A stretch of 24,594 nucleotides of DNA from Pseudanabaenaceae cyanobacterium MP8IB2.15 (lineage in GTDB: Bacteria; Cyanobacteriota; Cyanobacteriia; Pseudanabaenales; Pseudanabaenaceae), in NCBI GenBank assembly GCA_030248825.1, contig JARCMB010000494.1:1-24594 (forward strand), in the 5' to 3' direction. A program made the translations under genes and the position numbers. The first letter of the stretch is position 1, and the number at the start of each line of letters is the position of its first letter. Positions 18,300 through 24,594 of this stretch are shown piece after piece. Under the pieces are notes generated by a model that was given only the letters and a program-made list of their open reading frames with translations, was not told the DNA's origin and did not search any database.

Positions 18300-18467
18300 T
18301 CAGTTACACACAACTCTTTGCAGCTTCAAGCCCGAACCTGAGCTTCGATCGAAGCCTTGCATTTTGCAATTAGATTGTTGCCAGTCGCCCGTTTGAGTAT
18401 AAGCAAGTCCGACCACTCCACAAGCGATCGTGACTAACAAAATCTTTTGGTAAGGTTTCATCGCCAT
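18300..18467 (-). CDS. Putative small (55 aa) exported/membrane-anchored protein
   Basis: ATG lies 24 nt after the tRNA-Ser 3' end. MAMKPYQKILLVTIACGVVGLAYTQTGDWQQSNCKMQGFDRSSGSGLKLQRVVCN has a signal-like N-terminus. This is the non-tRNA part of the 18300..18569 track ORF. Confidence 0.4.
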   Translation of the reverse strand: MAMKPYQKILLVTIACGVVGLAYTQTGDWQQSNCKMQGFDRSSGSGLKLQRVVCN

Positions 18468-18490
18468 TATCCTAGCCTGTGAATAATCAA

Positions 18491-18575
18491 CGGAGAGAGG
18501 GGGATTCGAACCCCCGGTTACTTTCGTAACATCCGATTTCAAGTCGGACGCATTCGACCACTCTGCCATCTCTCC
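18491..18575 (-). tRNA. trnS: tRNA-Ser (anticodon UGA), 85 nt, long variable arm, CCA not encoded
   Basis: GGAGAGA/TCTCTCC acceptor stem, TCCGA-CTTGAAA-TCGGA anticodon arm, GTTAC-GAAA-GTAAC variable arm, GGGGG-TTCGAAT-CCCCC T arm, G73 discriminator. Confidence 0.97.
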
Positions 18576-18723
18576 AACCGTACATTTTAGGGTAATAGGG
18601 TGGCAATGTCACGAAAAACCTTGGCAAATTAAACCAAATATCGCGCAAATCTAATTCGCGATCCTGTTGTCGCCGCTCTGAGGTAGAATTGTCTGCGGCA
18701 AAGCTGTCAACAAACATCAACTC

Positions 18724-19284
18724 ATGATCTCCAGCAACGATTTTAGAACAGGCGTAACCATCGTGCTTGACGGTAGCGTATGGCGGGTAATTGAATTCCT
18801 GCATGTCAAGCCAGGCAAAGGTTCTGCCTTTGTTCGTACCAAGCTGAAAAATTCCCAGTCTGGCAGTGTGATCGATAAAACCTTCCGCGCAGGTGAATCT
18901 GTCCAACAGGCAACTCTGGAAAAGAGTTCGATGCAACACACCTACAAAGAGGGTGAAAATTTTATTTTCATGGATATGGGTACTTATGAAGAATCGACCC
19001 TAACTGCGGCCCAAATTGGCGATCGAGTTAAGTACATCAAAGAAGGGATGGAAGTTAACGTCGTGCGCTGGGATACTCAAATCATTGATGTGGAACTGCC
19101 CAACACAGTCGTATTGACGGTATCACAAACCGATCCAGGACTAAAAGGCGATACTGCTACAGGTGGAACTAAGCCTGCGATTTTGGAGACTGGAGCGCAG
19201 ATTATGGTGCCTCTATTTATTGAGATTGGTCAACGCCTGAAAATCGATACTCGCACCGATACTTATTTAGGCAGAGAAAATTAA
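18724..19284 (+). CDS. efp: Translation elongation factor P
   Basis: [38 protein letters not shown] and VPLFI motifs. Confidence 0.98.
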   Translation: MISSNDFRTGVTIVLDGSVWRVIEFLHVKPGKGSAFVRTKLKNSQSGSVIDKTFRAGESVQQATLEKSSMQHTYKEGENFIFMDMGTYEESTLTAAQIGDRVKYIKEGMEVNVVRWDTQIIDVELPNTVVLTVSQTDPGLKGDTATGGTKPAILETGAQIMVPLFIEIGQRLKIDTRTDTYLGREN

Positions 19285-19352
19285 GTATTCTTGACTTCAC
19301 TCTAGTCCTTTTCTTGAAAGAGAGGGTATTTAAAGATGGTTATCTCAGGCAA

Positions 19353-19392
19353 ATAAAAAGAAGGCGCATCTAGAGATGCGCCTTCTTTTTAT
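19353..19392. terminator. Bidirectional intrinsic terminator between efp and groEL
   Basis: ATAAAAAGAAGGCGCATC-TAGA-GATGCGCCTTCTTTTTAT perfect inverted repeat between convergent genes. Confidence 0.92.
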
Positions 19393-19421
19393 CTAAGATT
19401 TAGATGGTCTAGAGATTGAGA

Positions 19422-21062
<1,641 letters not shown>

Positions 21063-21100
21063 TTATCAGTTTGTGGATTGTGAATTGATTTATGAAAGCT

Positions 21101-21412
21101 CTAGGAGACGATCGCTAAGATATCTTTCTCGGCGAGAAGCACATATTCATCAGTACCGATTTTGACATCGGTGCCAGCATATTTAGAGTAGAGAACCTTA
21201 TCTCCAACCTTGACTTCTAGGGGTTGACGCACGCCATTGTCATCCAATTTGCCAGGCCCAACGGCAGAAATCTCACCAATCTGAGGCTTCTCTTTAACAG
21301 TGTCAGGTAAGTAGATCCCGCCTGCGGTCATTTCTTCTTTCTCGCTGATCTTGATGAACACGCGATCGCCCAATGGCTTTACGGTAGATACATTCAAAGA
21401 TGTTGATGCCAT
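21101..21412 (-). CDS. groES: Co-chaperonin GroES
   Basis: [30 protein letters not shown] and [15 protein letters not shown]. Confidence 0.99.
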   Translation of the reverse strand: MASTSLNVSTVKPLGDRVFIKISEKEEMTAGGIYLPDTVKEKPQIGEISAVGPGKLDDNGVRQPLEVKVGDKVLYSKYAGTDVKIGTDEYVLLAEKDILAIVS

Positions 21413-21481
21413 AGCTCTTAATTCAATAACGACATAAATTGCAATGCTCTAAAGCTTACTTTAGACTAGCTTTAGAGTTAA

Positions 21482-21508
21482 TTAGCACTCTTCACTGCTG
21501 AGTGCTAA
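21482..21508. promoter_or_regulatory. CIRCE element (HrcA operator) of groESL
   Basis: Perfect TTAGCACTC-N9-GAGTGCTAA. On the minus strand it overlaps a -10-like TACATT (21507-21512). Confidence 0.97.
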
Positions 21509-21536
21509 TGTAGCTGAAACAGTAGCCCTAATACGA

Positions 21537-21552
21537 GTGCGGTTTACCGAAC
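21537..21552 (-). promoter_or_regulatory. K-box (cyanobacterial groE/dnaK2 activating element)
   Basis: The minus strand reads GTTCGG-TAAA-CCGCAC, an exact fit to the consensus GTTCGG-NNAN-CCNNAC, just upstream of the CIRCE-overlapping promoter. Confidence 0.85.
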
Positions 21553-21576
21553 TGTGGGCGAAATCGCTTGGTTAAG

Positions 21577-22434
21577 CTATTCGATCGAACAAACTTTCTT
21601 GGTGACTTCGACATTCAGGGCACTAGCTGCCTTACTACCTGAGAGGGGCTGCATATATAGCCTGCCGTTTCGATCGGTCTTCACATCCATGCCCAGAACA
21701 GCTAACTCAGTGACGGCAATCTCGACCGTTTTCTTATCGATCGCTGCTGCCAATACTGAACCCCAAGCAGAAATCCGCGCCTGTCTGCTTCTGGGATTTT
21801 GTTTGAGTAGCACGGCAGCCTGACGCGATGATAGAGCGATAAATTCGGTCTCAGGTAGGGCATCAGATCCAAATGTCGCTCGATCTGCCCACTCCGCCGC
21901 ATTCTGATACGATCTGCTAGCAGCTTCACCATCCCCCAAAAACAACAATTGATCCATCCCTTGGTAACGCCATACCGTATAGGCTTCAGGTATTTGCTCT
22001 GGGGAAAGTGACTGAAGCCCTTTAGCATATAGGGCAATGCTCTTGCAAGGTTGACCCGCAAAAATTGAACTGCCCGTTGAGATAAATAAATAGCTGAGCA
22101 TAAACCTAGGATCTCGATCGATCACGACTTTGAGATAAGAAGGGCTGAGACTATATCCTGTTTTGTTTGCTTCCCTCGCTCGATCGTCACCAAAGTACTG
22201 TGCATATGACAAAAAAGTCGTGCCAGCAATCAAATTATTAAAGCCAAATCCTTGAGGTGGGATCTGACTTAGAAGTTTAAGCCGAGTTTTCTCCTGCTCG
22301 ACAATTTTGCGTGAGACTTCAGGAGTTTCACCCACTATTTTTTGATTTACTCGTGGTAGCTGAAATGCCAGAGTGGTCGCTAGACAAGTAACGATCGCTC
22401 CGGTATTGATCGCCACTGCTACTAGTTTGTGCAT
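21577..22434 (-). CDS. Conserved cyanobacterial hypothetical protein, N-terminal signal/TM, helical-repeat-like body
   Basis: 285-aa ORF. Motif F..YAQYFGDD.ARE...TGYSLSP.Y...VIDRDPRF recalled from a cyanobacterial family of unknown function. Confidence 0.75.
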   Translation of the reverse strand: MHKLVAVAINTGAIVTCLATTLAFQLPRVNQKIVGETPEVSRKIVEQEKTRLKLLSQIPPQGFGFNNLIAGTTFLSYAQYFGDDRAREANKTGYSLSPSYLKVVIDRDPRFMLSYLFISTGSSIFAGQPCKSIALYAKGLQSLSPEQIPEAYTVWRYQGMDQLLFLGDGEAASRSYQNAAEWADRATFGSDALPETEFIALSSRQAAVLLKQNPRSRQARISAWGSVLAAAIDKKTVEIAVTELAVLGMDVKTDRNGRLYMQPLSGSKAASALNVEVTKKVCSIE

Positions 22435-22488
22435 AAACCTCGGATCGAGATGTAGATCGACAGATCCAATATACCTATTTAAGACACG

Positions 22489-24009
22489 CTATCGAATGCT
22501 ACTGGCAACATAAGGATCGCGATTGAGATTTGCCGTCAAAGTGGACGATAGTGAACCGTCCGCAGGATTGATGCCATAGAAACTCTGGGCGCGTGAAATT
22601 GCATTTCTCGTTTCCTGAGACAATACGCCATCAACTTGTCCCGTATAAAAGCCCCGCATAGCCAGCAATCGCTGCACATCAGAGACGTTATTGCTAACTG
22701 GTGTGACTTGGGGGGGATTGCCAAAAACTGGTCTGCCACTAGACTCAAGTGCTGAAACAATCGCTCGATCGGGAACCCCAGTGGGCGCAAATCCATAGGC
22801 GTTCTGAGCAATAACTAATGCCGATCTTGTCGCTGAACCGAAAATGCCATCGATCGAACCTGTATAAAATCCCCGATCTTTGAGCAAGTTCTGAATGTTT
22901 GCAATTTCACTATTAGGCACTGGTTGGATCACAACTGGTGGTACTGTCGGTCTAAAGCTACCATTCTGCAAAGCGGTGATTGTGGCTGGACCAGCGATCC
23001 CATCAGGGATCAATCGAAAAAATCTCTGGGCAGAAACAATGGCGGCTTGAGTCTGGTCGCCTGCAATACCATCGATCGAACCTGTATAAAATCCCTGGGT
23101 TGTCAGCAGCTTTTGCACATAAGCGACATCATTGCTACTAACATCACTTGGGTTAGTTGATATAACTTTGTCTGCTTCTAGGGCAGCAATCGTGGCAGAG
23201 CCAGCCACACCATCTTGAGTTAGACCATAGAATTTCTGGGCGGCAATGATCGCAGCTTGAGTCTGAGAACCTTCAATGCCATCGATCGAACCACTATAAA
23301 ATCCTCTGGATGCTAGTAACTTCTGTAGTGCTGTTACATCTTTTTCACTGCCAGTATTATCGGTTGGATTACCAGTATCGGCTTCTAGAGCAGCGATCGT
23401 GACAGAGCCAGCCACACCATCTTGAGTTAGACCATAGAATTTCTGGGCGGCAACGATCGCAGCTTGGGTCTGAGCACCTTCAATGCCATCAATATCTTGA
23501 TGATAGAACCCTCGGTCAGCCAGCAGTTTTTGGAGCTTAACCACAGAATCACTTGCTTGCTCCGAGCCATCAACTTCGGGGTAAGGATCGTTCTGCAAAG
23601 CTGCCAATGTCATAACTCCAACAATGCCATCAGCTTCCAATCCATAGAAGTTTTGGGCTTGAATAATCGCTTCTTCAGTATTTGAACCTTTTACTCCGTC
23701 TATTTCACCTGGATCGAAGCCTTTTCTGAATAACAAATCTTGTAATATGGCAACTTCGGGAGTTTGCGCTGCCGCAGGGAGAATCAATCCACCACCTACT
23801 ACAGTTCCAGCAACCAGTGTCATGCTTATGGTGCTTCTTGCTGTTCTTGCCAATGCAGTTTTCAGTCTGGCTTTAGTCAAAGCAACTGATTGAGTTGTCA
23901 CATTAGCAATGTTACTAACAAAAGCACAGTCTATTGGTCTTTCTAGCTCAGTGCCTTGCTGGGACTGTTCGTACACTAGAGCGTCATGAAGGTATGCTGC
24001 TAATTCCAT
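22489..24009 (-). CDS. Exported protein with six tandem peptidoglycan-binding (PG_binding_1-like) domains and no catalytic domain
   Basis: Six repeats of V..LQ.LL...GFY.G.IDGI.G..T..AI..AQ.FYGL..DG.AG..T..AL. Signal-like segment ending LPAAA|Q. Confidence 0.9.
   Translation of the reverse strand: MELAAYLHDALVYEQSQQGTELERPIDCAFVSNIANVTTQSVALTKARLKTALARTARSTISMTLVAGTVVGGGLILPAAAQTPEVAILQDLLFRKGFDPGEIDGVKGSNTEEAIIQAQNFYGLEADGIVGVMTLAALQNDPYPEVDGSEQASDSVVKLQKLLADRGFYHQDIDGIEGAQTQAAIVAAQKFYGLTQDGVAGSVTIAALEADTGNPTDNTGSEKDVTALQKLLASRGFYSGSIDGIEGSQTQAAIIAAQKFYGLTQDGVAGSATIAALEADKVISTNPSDVSSNDVAYVQKLLTTQGFYTGSIDGIAGDQTQAAIVSAQRFFRLIPDGIAGPATITALQNGSFRPTVPPVVIQPVPNSEIANIQNLLKDRGFYTGSIDGIFGSATRSALVIAQNAYGFAPTGVPDRAIVSALESSGRPVFGNPPQVTPVSNNVSDVQRLLAMRGFYTGQVDGVLSQETRNAISRAQSFYGINPADGSLSSTLTANLNRDPYVASSIR
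23174..23490. repeat. Near-identical ~110-bp direct repeats (23174-23283 and 23381-23490, offset 207 bp = one domain)
   Basis: Shared GAGCCAGCCACACCATCTTGAGTTAGACCATAGAATTTCTGGGCGGCAA core with few substitutions. Confidence 0.9.
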
Positions 24010-24148
24010 AGTAGTTCGCGAGTCTCACATATATAAGCATATTGTAGTAGATTCAGATCTTAAAAGCCAGAAAATGCTAGTATACGTTGCTATATTTTGA
24101 TTGGTTTTGTTGTACAAAACCGTAAAGTATCGTTTAATGTCATGTGAT

Positions 24149-24220
24149 GCCGATGTAGCACAGTGGTAGTGCAGCTGATTCGTAATCAGCAGGTCGCAGG
24201 TTCAAATCCCGTCATCGGCT
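24149..24220 (+). tRNA. trnT: tRNA-Thr (anticodon CGU), CCA not encoded
   Basis: GCCGATG/CATCGGC acceptor, GCAC/GTGC D stem, GCTGA-TTCGTAA-TCAGC anticodon arm, GGTTCAAATCC T loop. Confidence 0.95.
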
Positions 24221-24311
24221 TATGTATCAAGATCATTTTTTTAATCCAGCCCGAAATCCAGATCGTTTTTAACCTGTTGAGTTACTTGCGTTTTTCTGGC
24301 GGCAAATTTAC

Positions 24312-24348
24312 GTTTCAATCCCTAGAAGGGTTTGTGGTTGATGTTTTG
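24312..24348. CRISPR. Single CRISPR-repeat-like unit (not an array)
   Basis: GTTTCAATCCCTAGAAGGGTTTGTGGTTGATGTTTTG. The reverse complement ends ...CCCTTCTAGGGATTGAAAC, like 37-nt cyanobacterial repeats. Only one clear copy and no cas genes in the window. Confidence 0.35.
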
Positions 24349-24472
24349 CAGTATTGACTCCATAACCCGATCGCTCTGATTTCAGGCATCTTTACTTGAT
24401 GTAGTAACCCGAAACTTTCCAAGAACCATCTTTTTCATGCATGGGTGTTACCGTTTCGATCGATCCTTTTTT

Positions 24473-24594
24473 GGTAGTCCTAAAGGTGTAAGGACACAAT
24501 TGAGCAGAGAAGTATATATCTATCCCAGAAGCCGATGAAATGTCCAAGTTGTCAATCACTAGAAATCGTCAAGAATGGTTTTATCCATAACGGC
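24473..24594 (+). mobile_element. Left end of an IS1-family insertion sequence (truncated by the window edge)
   Basis: A candidate end GGTAGTCC... after a T-run (IS1 ends begin GG(T/C)), followed about 60 nt later by an InsA-like ORF. The right IR is not visible. Confidence 0.7.
24535..24594 (+). CDS. IS1-family transposase N-terminal zinc ribbon (InsA-like), partial
   Basis: Not in the ORF track. [20 protein letters not shown] fits the CP.C.S..I.KNG...NG start of cyanobacterial IS1 transposases. Confidence 0.82.
   Translation, partial: MKCPSCQSLEIVKNGFIHNG

Noticed and set aside
18300-18569. 89-aa ORF in the track (MAEWSNASDLKSD...)
   Set aside because: Its first third is a translation of tRNA-Ser. 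Only the part from the ATG at 18467 is kept as a candidate.
18487-18941. Minus-strand ORFs of 150 and 74 aa
   Set aside because: They are antisense to efp and overlap the tRNA; shadow ORFs.
21554-23685. Short ORFs overlapping the hypothetical and PG-binding genes (including 21702..22061)
   Set aside because: They overlap longer ORFs that have coherent motifs, and there is no independent support.
24163-24357. 64-aa ORF in the track
   Set aside because: It starts inside tRNA-Thr and runs over the repeat-like sequence, with no protein-like features.
24238-24420. A true CRISPR array
   Set aside because: Only one convincing repeat is present. The neighbours at -74 and about +67 bp match 8/10 bases or fewer.
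24221-24472. Type V-K or type I CAST (Tn7-like) end or homing spacer next to tRNA-Thr
   Set aside because: There is no TGT-initiated end with repeated TnsB sites, the repeat does not resemble the V-K repeat, and the flanks do not match the tRNA.

Overview
Cyanobacterial chromosomal segment of mostly core genes: menE, an FHA-LuxR regulator, a small membrane gene-ictB-larB operon, ECF sigma (sigG-like)/anti-sigma/HtrA protease, cyAbrB, a FecR-domain protein, Uma2, topA, hemL, NAD kinase, a class-V PLP enzyme next to a CobA/BtuR-like protein with a degenerate P-loop, tRNA-Ser(UGA), efp, groES-groEL (K-box and CIRCE), a six-repeat peptidoglycan-binding protein and tRNA-Thr(CGU). The window ends in the start of an IS1-family element. 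No large novel system is proven by the sequence. The best leads are: (1) the same ECF-type promoter (GGAAC-N16/17-CGTCTCT) in front of both sigG and the FHA-LuxR gene; (2) a solitary CRISPR-repeat-like 37-mer between tRNA-Thr and the IS1; (3) a 23-nt small repeat nested inside another hairpin repeat after cyAbrB; (4) TCGATCGA outnumbering the canonical HIP1 octamer GCGATCGC; (5) an unannotated ~55-aa ORF directly behind tRNA-Ser. Product calls come from motif recognition only, and no database search was run.
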